Below are positions 1-9,362 of a stretch of DNA of 42,187 bases, in pieces; positions within the stretch are counted from its first letter, which is position 1, and each line of letters opens with the position of its first letter. The notes beneath the pieces were generated by a model. It was not told the DNA's origin. It saw nothing but the letters and a program-made list of their open reading frames with translations, and ran no database searches. The position numbers were made by a program, and so were the translations under genes. Source of the DNA: an uncultured bacterium (lineage in GTDB: Bacteria > Patescibacteriota > Gracilibacteria > Absconditabacterales > Absconditicoccaceae); contig CALCYP010000036.1 in the NCBI GenBank assembly GCA_937906635.1, forward strand, positions 1 to 42,187. Direction: 5' to 3'.

Positions 1-678
1 TTTGTCTGAGCCTTGGATTGAATAAAAAACGAACTTACAATAACTGATTTAGCAACCAGATTTGATGAAAATAAAGACTTAATACTGTCTTTCTATGTAG
101 AGAATACTTGAAATATGGAAAACACTTTTGAAATACAGTGAACTGTGAAATGACTATTTTGATACAATAAAAAATTTGAAATAGTTAGTTGACAAGTAGC
201 ACCTAATAGGTCTCAGTATGTAGAAGCAAATTTATGATCGCTTCCAAGTTATGGTTGAAAATATAATATTGATTTTACGATTAATGGGACACCTTATTTT
301 TCTTATGATATAAGTAATGCGAATGTAGATCCAGCTCGATTAGAGCCAAAGAGTTGGGAATTTAGCACAAGTGTATTCAAGATGCCTTGGTTGATCTTGG
401 CAGTCGTAGTTATATTCATATTACTATTGATTGTCCTATTCAAAAAGCCAAAACAAAAAATAGTATATGTACAACAACAACCTACACAACCTGTTCAGCC
501 ACAACAACCTGTGCAACAACAGCAAGTTCAACCTCAACAGACTATGCAACAACCTACACAACAATATTCACAACCTATACAGCCAAGTCAACCAGTTCAG
601 CAACCTGTACAGCAGCCGGTACAACCAGTACAAAATCCTGTTCAACCTCAAAATCCAAATTATCCAAATCAACAGTAA
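1..678 (+). CDS. Surface/envelope protein, C-terminal fragment (5' end outside the window) with one C-terminal TM helix and a Pro/Gln-rich tail
   Basis: Frame 1 has no TAA/TAG from base 1 to TAA 676-678 when nine in-frame TGAs are read as Gly. The TM segment WLILAVVVIFILLLIVLF is followed by KKPKQK and a (QPxQ)n tail. Confidence 0.7.
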
Positions 679-727
679 AATTTGCTGTTTTATAAACACA
701 CCTCCATCATTATCGAAGTTTTTCCTT

Positions 728-787
728 CCTGCCGTAGGCTAGTGTGGGTTTCCCGTACCTGCCGTAGGCTAGTGTGGGTTTCCCGTA
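728..787. repeat. Perfect 30-bp tandem duplication (cctgccgtaggctagtgtgggtttcccgta x2)
   Basis: Copies at 728-757 and 758-787 are identical by direct reading. Confidence 0.9.
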
Positions 788-880
788 ATAGGTCGAAGAT
801 CCTCGATCTATCTGAAGGGAGATTTTCCTTTCTTAGGTTTTTCAACCCGGGTGAACCGTTGTTGAAAATGATACATTTTC

Positions 881-976
881 GTCATTCTGAAGGAGTGAAA
901 CGACTGAAGAATCTAAATTCACATTTATAGATTCTTCTCTGCTGAAGCCGAGCTCGGCGCTATCGCACAGAATGAC
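881..976. repeat. Nested inverted-repeat (MITE-like) element, variant family member
   Basis: The outer inverted repeat is gtcattctg ... cagaatgac. It encloses an inner 9-bp hairpin (gaagaatct/agattcttc) and the palindrome gccgagctcggc. The architecture matches the elements at 13747 and 28630. Confidence 0.6.
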
Positions 977-1178
977 ACCCTTTCGTCGTTTCGAACCTGA
1001 TTCCCTTTCTGACCCTGGGGTTAGTTTCCGCTTCGCTGAAACCCCAGGGTCTACTCAATGGGAAAAAATCAACCTCCCCTGCCTAACCTAACCATGGATA
1101 CTAAAAAAAACCGAAAAAAAAATGGGAAAGTCGCAAAGCGACGATTCTTTATTATATTTATACTTGTATAATAGAGTC

Positions 1179-1262
1179 GTCCCTTCGGGACTTCTTTTAA
1201 TTCTCCACTATATCGCTGAGGACTAAAGTCCTCAGCTAATTGAAATCTCGTCCCTTCGGGAC
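1179..1262 (+). repeat. Three-hairpin GC-rich element (copy 1 of 2 in the window)
   Basis: Hairpins are gtccc-ttc-gggac (1179-1191), gctgaggac-taaa-gtcctcagc (1215-1236) and gtccc-ttc-gggac (1250-1262). Order and spacing match 31131-31212. Confidence 0.7.
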
Positions 1263-1428
1263 TATCCGGAATCAGCATAGTTGCAAAGCGACGACTCCTC
1301 AAATATATCTTTATCTAACCAACGACTTTAGTCGTTGGTATATAGAGACAAATGATCATAAAGTCGCTAAGCGACGATTCTTTTTATAAACAAAAATCAA
1401 AGCTTTTTTTTCAAATTTACTATAATTT

Positions 1429-4350
1429 TTAATTCTTAATTATTTTTCCATCATCTAATCTAATCACATCATCAGCAAATTGAAGAATATTTTTATCATG
1501 TTCAATCATCAAAATTGTATCTCCTCATTCCAAAAATTTCTCCAAAACTTTGAGAAGTTTTTCAATATCAGATGGATGAAGTCATACAGTTGGCTCATCT
1601 AAGAAATAGACTGTATGTCATCTAAACTCTTTCAACAAATGTTTTACTAGTTTCAATCTCTGACTTTCTCATCCAGACAATGTATGTGCTGGCTGTCACA
1701 TCTTCAAATATCCCAAACCTATATCACACATCAGCTGTAATTCATCACGGATTGCATCCATTTCAACGAAAAATTCCAAAGCATCAGACACATACATATC
1801 CAACACTTCTGCAATATTTTTTCATTTCCACTTTATATCCAAAACTTCTGATTTATATCTCGTTCCTCTACACAGATCACAAGGCACATAAGTATCAGGC
1901 AAAAATTGTAATTCTACTTTTTTGTATCCATATCCATTACAAGCAGGGCAAGCTCCTTTTCATGAATTGAAACTAAAAGCTGATGCAAAAAATCCTAAAT
2001 ACTTTGCTTGTGTCGTATTTGCATACAAATTTCTAATTTTATCAAAAGTTCAAACAAATGTAGATGGACAAGACCTCGGAGTCTTTCAGATACTACTTTG
2101 ATCCACATAAATTGTATTTTTTACTTCTTCATATCACTGAATAGTCTCTACCGCCAGATCCTTGTAAAATTCTTGTAATGCTAAATTTTCATAATGTTCG
2201 TATAAATCTTTTTGAATTATCGGAGCAGATATGATTTCATCCCGACTCATTCATTTTTTGAGCAATTGAAGTCTGATAAAACTCTGAATAAATTTCTGTT
2301 TATCATTCAAAAATCTAAACAAAGTCGTGTACATGAGTGTTGTCTTTCCTGCTCCACTTGGTCATGTAATGATAGTAAATCATCCAAGTCTAATATCTAC
2401 ATCAATATTTTTCAAATTGTATTTACTAGCTTTTCTGATTTTCAAAAAGTTCTTTCATTTTGCATGATTAAATTCTGCTTGAACTTTCTTTTTTCATGTA
2501 ATATATTGAGCTGTCAAAGTGTCTGATTTGAGGAAATCTTCATACGATCAATTAAACATCAAATTTCAACCAAAATCCCCTGCTCCAGGTCAAATTTCTA
2601 CTACTCGATCAGCAGATTTTATAAATTCTTCATTGTGCTCTACGACTACAACTGTATTTCCCATCTGCTGCAAATTTCTGATAGCGACAATTGCCTTCTG
2701 GATTTCTCTATCACTAAGTCAAATTGTTGGCTCATCGAGGACGTAGGTAATACCCGTTAATTTATTTCCGAGCTGTTTCGCCAATCTCAACCTCTGAATT
2801 TCTCATCCAGAAAGTGTATCCATAGTCCTACTCAAATCCAAGTATCAAAGTCACAAATCTTGAATCGTTTGCAATCTATCCAAAAGTGGCTTTGTAATTC
2901 TTTCAACGAGTATATTATTTTTTTTTGTATTTTTTTGGTAATCCAAGAAAAAAGTGACTAAATCATCCAATTTAAATTTTTGCAAATCTGAAATATTATA
3001 TTTCTTTTTTCATGAAGAAACAAACACATTTAGACTCTCAATTCTCAACCTCCTTCCATCACAAGTTGGACAAGCTTTCATGTCCAGCATTGCTTGAAAA
3101 TCCACAGTAAGGAGTCATTTCACATATTGATCTTTCAAAATTTCGGAAATTCATTGATATTTCATACTAGTATACTTTCATCACTGTTGGACGCGAATTA
3201 ATTCATCGTCTCCATAAAGTACCACATGCTGAAACCATTCTGGCAAATCTTTCCAAAGTTTATCTGTATCCATAGAATATTTCTCAGCCAATTTATGCAA
3301 TACTATCTGTCCAAATGTACTATCTCTTCGCGGCAATATACATTGCATATATGGACTATAAGGATCCACGACTTTATTGAAATCTACTTGTAAAACCTCC
3401 CCTATCCCATGACACTCCATACAAGCTCATTCAGGCCTATTTGGAGAAAAGTGCTGTGCAGTAAATTCAGGATAAGTGACATTACAGTCTGGACAGTACA
3501 TCTTATCTGTAAACCACAATACATCATTTGATTCAATTTCTGCAGTATCCAATTTATCATTTTCATTTGCATCCACAAAAATTCCAAATTTTTCGGTCTC
3601 AGACAAAATTTTGATAATATCTTCTTTCAGCCTGTCTAATTTGTTTTTTTCTACTGTCACACGATCATAAATTCCAAATACTCTGAGGGGAAAATACTCT
3701 TTTGGTACATTTGGATCCTCCAAATAAAAGTATTCAACTGGCTCTTTTTGCGGTCATAACAACAAATATCTGGTGAATCCACCTCACTTTTCTACTTTAT
3801 TTCTATTCTTTTTCACAAATTTCGACAATAAATCATATTCTGAGATTTCTCACACATCTTTCAAAAGAAATATTTTTTTATCAATATAATTTTTTTTCAA
3901 TTCATCCATGATTTGATCCACAGATGTCGGTTTGATTTGTTTTCCACATTTATAGCAATAGCTATCTCCTAATTTTGCAAAAAGCAATCTCATATAATCA
4001 TCAATCTCTGTCAAAGTTCATACAGTACTCCTACTATTTCATCATTTTTTGTTTTGTTCAATAGCAATTGCCGGAGAAAGTCCTGTACAATGATCAATTT
4101 CAGGTCTCGTTCACAGATTGAAAAACTGTCTCAAAAAACTAGACAGCGACTCAATATAACGGAATTGTCATTCTTTGTAAATAGTATCAAAAGCAAAAGA
4201 AGACTTTCCACTACCAGAAACTCCAGTCACAGCAATGACTTTATTTTTTGGCAAAGTTACATCGATATTTTTGAGATTATTTGTATTTACTCATTCAAAT
4301 ACAATTTCATTTTGAAAATTCTCTAAATTAACTTTTATTTCTTTCTTCAT
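1429..4350 (-). CDS. uvrA: Excinuclease ABC subunit A (UvrA), 973 aa
   Basis: Open from ATG (4350) to TAA (1429-1431) with TGA = Gly. Motifs seen: [31 protein letters not shown]...[11 protein letters not shown], and a C-terminal LSGGESQRLKL...LDEPTVGLH. The second Gly of LSGGE is TGA (1669-1671). Confidence 0.94.
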
Positions 4351-4381
4351 AAACTTTTATTAGAAATCTAAACATTTCGTT

Positions 4382-4431
4382 TAGCTATTAGCTATTGGCT
4401 ATCAGCTAAAAATTTTGCTTTGCAAAATTTT
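4382..4431. repeat. Heptamer array (gctatta gctattg gctatca) plus AT palindrome aaaattttgc-ttt-gcaaaatttt
   Basis: Direct reading shows a period of 7 bp. The 10-bp-arm palindrome at 4409-4431 abuts the stop of the upstream (minus-strand) gene. Confidence 0.8.
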
Positions 4432-5279
4432 TAATATTCATTCTCCAATTCCCACTCCAATACTTTTAACATCTGAGGGAATATTCCATATTTCTTTGCA
4501 CCAGAATATCCTTCTCCATACCCATCTAATACATAATTTGAATTATTTGGGATTATCACATTCCCAGATCTCACACCACCATTATATAATGCGGCGAAAT
4601 TCAAAACTCAAGTTAAATCAAAGCTATTGTAGCTCAACTCTCCAGATAATAATCCATCATAACGAGCTAATTTATTCTTTGAAAACTCCAAAAAATCTAC
4701 CACAGTCTGTATAAATTGTTTTTGTGTGATTTCTCCCGTTCAATAATCTTTACTCAAAATCTGAAATGGTCAATCTCAATTATTTGGCAAATAATATGCA
4801 CAGGTACTTTCTCTATACCAAATTGCCATAGTCAATGATGTAGGAAAATCGTACGCAAAACTTATATCATCCAATGTCTTGTATCGACCAGTACAATTGT
4901 TGAGTGAATCAGCTATATCAATAGAATATCAAGTATTATATTCTTCCAAAAATTTTAATTTAGAATCTTTTGAAGTAGCTTTTGCATCACTTTTTTGTTT
5001 TGATAAAGCATTTTTATTATTTTTTGTATCACTATACAGATAATATTTCAGATCTTCAAACATATAATTTAATCTCGCATTATTTGAATAATCGGTCTGC
5101 AAATTCACAATCTGATTATAGAAATTCCACAAATCTATATTATTTTCTATCGAAGAATCCAATTGAGTTTTCAAATTCGCCAAATCCTGTGTATCTTTTT
5201 CACTTGGTGTATATGCCGCAAAAGAGATTGCAGACATTGCCAATCAGACAATTAATCAAGTTAAGAAAATTTTTTTCAT
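4431..5279 (-). CDS. Secreted protein, possibly SLT-like lytic transglycosylase, 282 aa
   Basis: Signal peptide MKKIFLTGLIVGLAMSAISFAA. The segment AIWYRESTCAYYLPNNGDGPFQI resembles the SLT E-S...G-x-x-Q core. The function call is weak. Confidence 0.55.
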
Positions 5280-5394
5280 TTTTTATTTGATTACCAATAA
5301 AAACTGGTTTGAAAAATAAACCAATAAATACTTATATAAAGAATAAATCAATATTCAAGATAATTTTAAATAAAGGAAAACAAAATTTTCTTTT

Positions 5395-5443
5395 GCTATC
5401 TGCTATTAGCTATCGGCTATTCGCTATCAGCTATTAGCTAAAC
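5395..5443. repeat. Heptamer array (gctatct gctatta gctatcg gctattc gctatca gctatta gctaaac)
   Basis: Seven consecutive 7-bp units lie immediately downstream of the tex stop codon. Confidence 0.85.
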
Positions 5444-5445
5444 AC

Positions 5446-7821
5446 TATATTTCATCAAATTGAATAATCATCATCTTCTTGTCCTCCTTTTTCAAAGGAG
5501 GTGTCACGAAGTGACGAAGGATTTTTAAAAATCCCTCTGGCTTCGCCATCTCCCTTCCCTGCTGAGCCCGGGCACGGTAAAAAGGGAGACACTTTTTTTA
5601 CTACTCATGAATTATCACAGTCTTTCATTGAAAGACCTACTTTTTCTCTATCTAAATCTATACTAACTACTTTCACTTTTACTTGCTGTCATACTGAAAC
5701 TACATCAATTGGGTTTTTCACAAAAAAGTCTGCCATTTGTGACTTGTGAACTAATCAATCATTGTGTAATCAGATATCTACAAACGCTCCGAAATCTGTC
5801 ACATTTCTCACGATTCACTCTAACTCCATTCACTCTTGTAAATCTTTGATTTCCAAAACATCTGATTTAAATACTGGAGCCTGAATTTCGTCACGAGGAT
5901 CCAATCCTGGTCTCTCCAATTCTGCTAATACATCTTTCATTGTCTCAATTCATATTCAATATTTCTCAGAAAGGGATTCAATTCCTTGTAAATTAAAATC
6001 CTCCCTTCCCCCCTTAATAAGGGGGGCAAACTTTGACAAGTCCATTGGTAATTTCAAATCTTTTTCCTTGATTCAAAACTCTTTTTCTATCATTTCATAA
6101 ACTTGTTTGTGGATTTCTGGATGAATTCATGTCTGATCCAATACTTCTTTTCATCATTTAATCCTCATAAATCAAATCGCTTGTTCATATGCTTTTGGTC
6201 CAAGTCATTTCACCTTTTTTATTTGAGATTTGCTTGTAAATTCTCCATTTTCATCTCTATATGCTACCAAATTTTTGGCTACACTTTCAGTCATTCAGGC
6301 CAAATATTGGAGTAATGTATAGTTGGCCGTATTTACATCTACTCAAACTGAATTTACTACATCTTCTACTTTTTCATCCAATTTTTCTTTCAAAAGTTTT
6401 TGATCTACATCATGCTGATACTGTCATACTCAAATTGATTTTGGATCAATTTTTGTAAATTCAGCCAATGGATCTTGAACTCTATGTGCTATAGAAATTG
6501 CTCATCTGACTGTCACATCAAGCTGTGGATATTCACTCTGAGCCAATTTTGATGCTGAATATACTGATGCTCAAGCTTCTGATGTCACCATATATTTGAT
6601 ATCCAATTTATATTTTTTGATGAAATCAGATACAAATTTCTCTGATTCTCTACTTGCCGTTCCATTTCATATGGAAATCAAATCTATATCGTACTGATTT
6701 ACTATTTTCAAAAGTTTTTCTTCTGATTCCTCTATCTTGTTTTGTGGTGCGGTAGGATAAATTACATCATTATAAAGGAATTTCCCAGTCTTATCCACCA
6801 CTGCCAATTTACATCATGTCCTAAATGCAGGATCAAATCCTAATACTGTAAGTCATTTGATTGGTGGAGTAAGCAATAGATTTTTCAAGTTCTCACCAAA
6901 AACTTTGATTGCTGCTTCATCTGCTCGTCTCTTTTTGTCTGCTCTAATTTCTCTCTCAATTGATGGCAAAAGTAGTCTATCTAATCAATCTTCTATCGCT
7001 TCGATGAGATAGCAAGATGAAGTATTCGCATTATTTGGCAAAAAATAATTGTTTGCAAAAGATCTGATTTTTTCATCAGACATTTTTAATTTTACATTTA
7101 GTTGTTTTTCATTTTCAGCTCTATCAATGGCCAAATATGCATACGATGGCACATAGGTGATTTGTTTCGAATATTCTTTGTAAATTTTATATGTTCAATT
7201 TTCTTCAAAAGTCTTGGTTGGCTTCGTCGTGACGATAGAATTAATTTCTTCATGAGATTTAATTTTCTCTCTCAAATTAGCATGATCAGAGACATCTTCA
7301 GCGATAATATCTTTGGCTCACTGAATAGCTTCTGCTACATTTTTCACTGAAGTTTTTACATCTCATGTATCTTTTACAAATTCTTTTGCTTTCGCTTCAA
7401 ACTCCTCTTTGGTCAATGTAGCTTTTGCCAAAATTTCAGCAAGTGGCTGTAATCATTTTGCTTTTGCTATAGTCGCTTTTGTGTTTTTCTTTTCTTTGAA
7501 TGGCCTATATAAATCTTCTACCCTCGCCAAAGTATCAGCATCCAAAATTTCTTGTTTTAATTCTGGAGTCAGGAGTCATTTTTCATCAATCAGGCGGACT
7601 ACAACTTCTTTCCTTGCTTCCAAATTTTTGGTATATGTATACAAATCATTGAAATCACGAAGTTGCTCATCTGTAGCTCATTTTGTCAGCTCTTTACGAT
7701 AACGAGCGATAAAAGGGACTGTATTTCATTCATCCAAAAGCTGGATAATATTTGAAATCACTCAAGTCTCCATTCATGTCTTGATTTGAATTTTCTGAAT
7801 TAAATTTGTCATAATTTTCAT
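5446..7821 (-). CDS. tex: Tex-like transcription accessory protein (YqgF/HHH/S1 domains), 791 aa
   Basis: Motifs seen: NTVPFIARYRKE, VLGFDPAFRTGCKLAVVD, IGNGTASRESE, GVGQYQHDV. The S1 domain reads [27 protein letters not shown]. The last ~55 aa run through GC-rich hairpin repeats before TAG at 5446-5448. Confidence 0.9.
5483..5589. repeat. Composite GC-rich multi-hairpin element, lying inside the tex 3' coding tail
   Basis: Hairpins include cctccttt-ttc-aaaggagg, gtcac-gaa-gtgac, ggattttt/aaaaatcc and tctccctt...aagggaga. It is related to 26600-26707. Confidence 0.7.
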
Positions 7822-7913
7822 AAAATTTTAAAACAGATATACTTATAATATTTTAATATCATTTTTCAAATAGGAAAAAATATTTAAAAAAATATTATTT
7901 TTTTCATTTTTGC

Positions 7914-7942
7914 TTGACTTTTTACTGTAAAATTATTAATAT
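7914..7942 (+). promoter_or_regulatory. Sigma70-like promoter of cassette 1
   Basis: TTGACT (7914-7919), 17-nt spacer, TAATAT (7937-7942). An A-rich leader ...aaaaaacaaaaaATG follows. Confidence 0.5.
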
Positions 7943-7986
7943 TAATAACACAGTCAACTGAGTACTAATATAATAAAAAACAAAAA

Positions 7987-8268
7987 ATGACTATAAGTGA
8001 TTTAATGAAAAAGGGTGACTCCTTCGAATTTCTCCCAGGGATTCACAGTAGAGTTCTGCATGTAAAAAAAGGCGCCGACACAGTATCACATCAAATCAAT
8101 GAAGTCGGTGAGTTATTTGCTCATCGATTTAAATTGTATTACGATGCAAACAAAGAAAGATTTGTCGCTTCAATCGCAACCAATTCAAAGCCAAAAAAAT
8201 TTTTTGGTTCGAACATTGACTTGGTATTGTCCACTGTCAGAACTTGGGAAAAACGACAAGGAAATTAA
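7987..8268 (+). CDS. Hypothetical protein, 93 aa (UGA-free cassette 1)
   Basis: Runs ATG to TAA. All 6 Gly codons are GGN with no in-frame TGA. It has its own promoter and terminator. I recognise no family. Confidence 0.65.
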   Translation: MTISDLMKKGDSFEFLPGIHSRVLHVKKGADTVSHQINEVGELFAHRFKLYYDANKERFVASIATNSKPKKFFGSNIDLVLSTVRTWEKRQGN

Positions 8269-8284
8269 CTCATAAAGCTTATAA

Positions 8285-8312
8285 AGAGTCCGTAATTTAC
8301 GGCTCTTTTTTT
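8285..8312 (+). terminator. Intrinsic terminator
   Basis: agag(t)ccgta-att-tacggctct followed by a T7 run. Confidence 0.7.
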
Positions 8313-8326
8313 AATTACAAAAAAAA

Positions 8327-8390
8327 TTGCCCCGACGCGGAGTCGAATTTACCCCGTTATTCGGGGCCGCGATTTCTATCCTACAACTTT
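8327..8390 (-). pseudogene. Decayed tandem copy of tRNA-Arg
   Basis: 29 bp (8319-8347) are identical to the tRNA 3' end and its flank (8407-8435). D-loop-like ggatag and aatcgcgg are retained and the anticodon arm is missing. A ccccg-aataa-cgggg hairpin is inserted in the T arm. Confidence 0.5.
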
Positions 8391-8415
8391 ATAGACTTTC
8401 AAATTTAAAAAAAAT

Positions 8416-8487
8416 TGCCCCGACGCGGAGTCGAACCGCGATTGCAGTCTTCGCAGGACTACGTCCTATCCATTGAACGACCGGGAC
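8416..8487 (-). tRNA. tRNA-Arg (anticodon GCG), 72 nt, CCA not encoded
   Basis: Hand-folded cloverleaf: acceptor GUCCCGG/UCGGGGC; D arm guuc-aauggaua-ggac; anticodon arm uaguc-CU GCG AA-gacug; 4-nt variable loop; T arm cgcgg-uucgacu-ccgcg; discriminator A. Confidence 0.8.
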
Positions 8488-8568
8488 AAATTTCATGATA
8501 ACAATGACATATCATAATAAAATATTTTAAAATCGCAAGTAATATTTTGATAAAAAACTCAAAAAAAA

Positions 8569-8597
8569 TTTGCATTATTCTTTTTTCTGATTATAAT
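8569..8597 (+). promoter_or_regulatory. Sigma70-like promoter
   Basis: TTGCAT (8569-8574), 17-nt spacer, TATAAT (8592-8597). Confidence 0.55.
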
Positions 8598-8610
8598 AAT
8601 ATCTAGTCAA

Positions 8611-8661
8611 CAGTCAGTAGTCGGCAGACGACTGCAGACAGACGACCGACGACTGACGACC
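8611..8661 (+). repeat. Heptamer array (CNGACGA family) forming a long hairpin in the 5' UTR of the 8687 gene
   Basis: Units read cagtcag tagtcgg cagacga ctgcaga cagacga ccgacga ctgacga. Arm 8613-8624 pairs with 8646-8657 at 11 of 12 positions. The stretch is GC-rich and T-poor in an AT-rich context. Confidence 0.7.
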
Positions 8662-8686
8662 TTTATCTATTAATAAAAAACAAAAA

Positions 8687-9286
8687 ATGACAGAAACAAC
8701 AAACACAAGCAACGAAAATGTTGTACAAAAACACAATCAAATGGTTCAATTCGTAAAAAACACAATTTCTACAATTGAGACAGATTTGAAAAGAATGAAA
8801 TTAGTTTTGAATAAATTATCAAATTTTGATCCAAATGATCCAGCTTCTTTAGATGACAAAGAAGTTTCAGAAGCTATTGGTACACAAGAACTCAAAACTT
8901 ATACAGAAGAAAATGTACAAGTGGTTGAATGAAAATTCGATTGATATTTCATGGTCGGAGCTGATCAAAAGAAATATCCAGTCCCATTGAATTATTCAAG
9001 TAAGACAAAATTAGTTCCATGAGATATCTTGAAATTAAAAATCTTGGATAATGGACAATTCGTATATAAATTGATTAACCCAGTAGAAAGGAAGCATATC
9101 AGAGCCACATTGAGCAAAACTGATGATAATAAATTCACAGCTGTGACAGACGATGGACAGACATTCTTTTTGAATCAGGCTGCTGTCACATTCTTCAAAT
9201 GAAGACCTGGAGATGAATTATATATTTTAACAAATGAAAAAGACAATTGAGGTTTTGCAGCTATCGAAGCAGTAATTAAGAAATAA
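8687..9286 (+). CDS. Conserved hypothetical protein, 199 aa
   Basis: The standard-code ORF (81 aa) continues through 5 TGAs: ...VVEGKFDGYFMVGADQKKYPVPLNYSSKTKLVPGDILKL...FFKGRPGDELYIL...NGGFAAIEAVIKK, ending at TAA. The TGAs fall in PGD/DG-type turns. Confidence 0.8.
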
Positions 9287-9307
9287 GGATTTTATTTCAG
9301 ATAGAGA

Positions 9308-9346
9308 AAAAGCACTCATCCATTAAATAAATTGAGTGCTTTTTTA
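9308..9346. terminator. Hairpin terminator between convergent genes
   Basis: aaagcactca-N15-tgagtgcttt followed by a T run. Confidence 0.65.
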
Positions 9347-9362
9347 TTTTCCGAGATTTATA

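Noticed and set aside
387-742. Alternative-frame ORFs 387-695 and 467-742.
   Set aside because: They are artefacts of the period-3 P/Q-rich repeat. Frame 1 is continuous with the upstream coding region and has the TM helix.
682-1302. ORFs 682-930 (+) and 1069-1302 (-).
   Set aside because: They run through hairpin repeats and the 30-bp tandem duplication. They have no start context and repeat-driven composition.
4409-4431. A LexA/SOS-type operator shared by uvrA and ruvB (AAAATTTTRC-N3-GYAAAATTTT).
   Set aside because: The same class of AT palindrome also precedes the NUDIX and pyk genes. It looks like a generic intergenic or start-site module rather than a DNA-damage regulon operator.
8319-8487. 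attL/attR of an integrated mobile element at the tRNA.
   Set aside because: Only about 59 bp lie between the direct repeats, and there is no integrase or cargo. I reported it only as a scar or decayed duplicate.
9311-9340. A CIRCE-like core GCACTC-N16-GAGTGC.
   Set aside because: The spacer is 16 nt rather than 9, the TTA/TAA flanks are absent, and it sits between two convergent gene ends, where it acts as a terminator hairpin.
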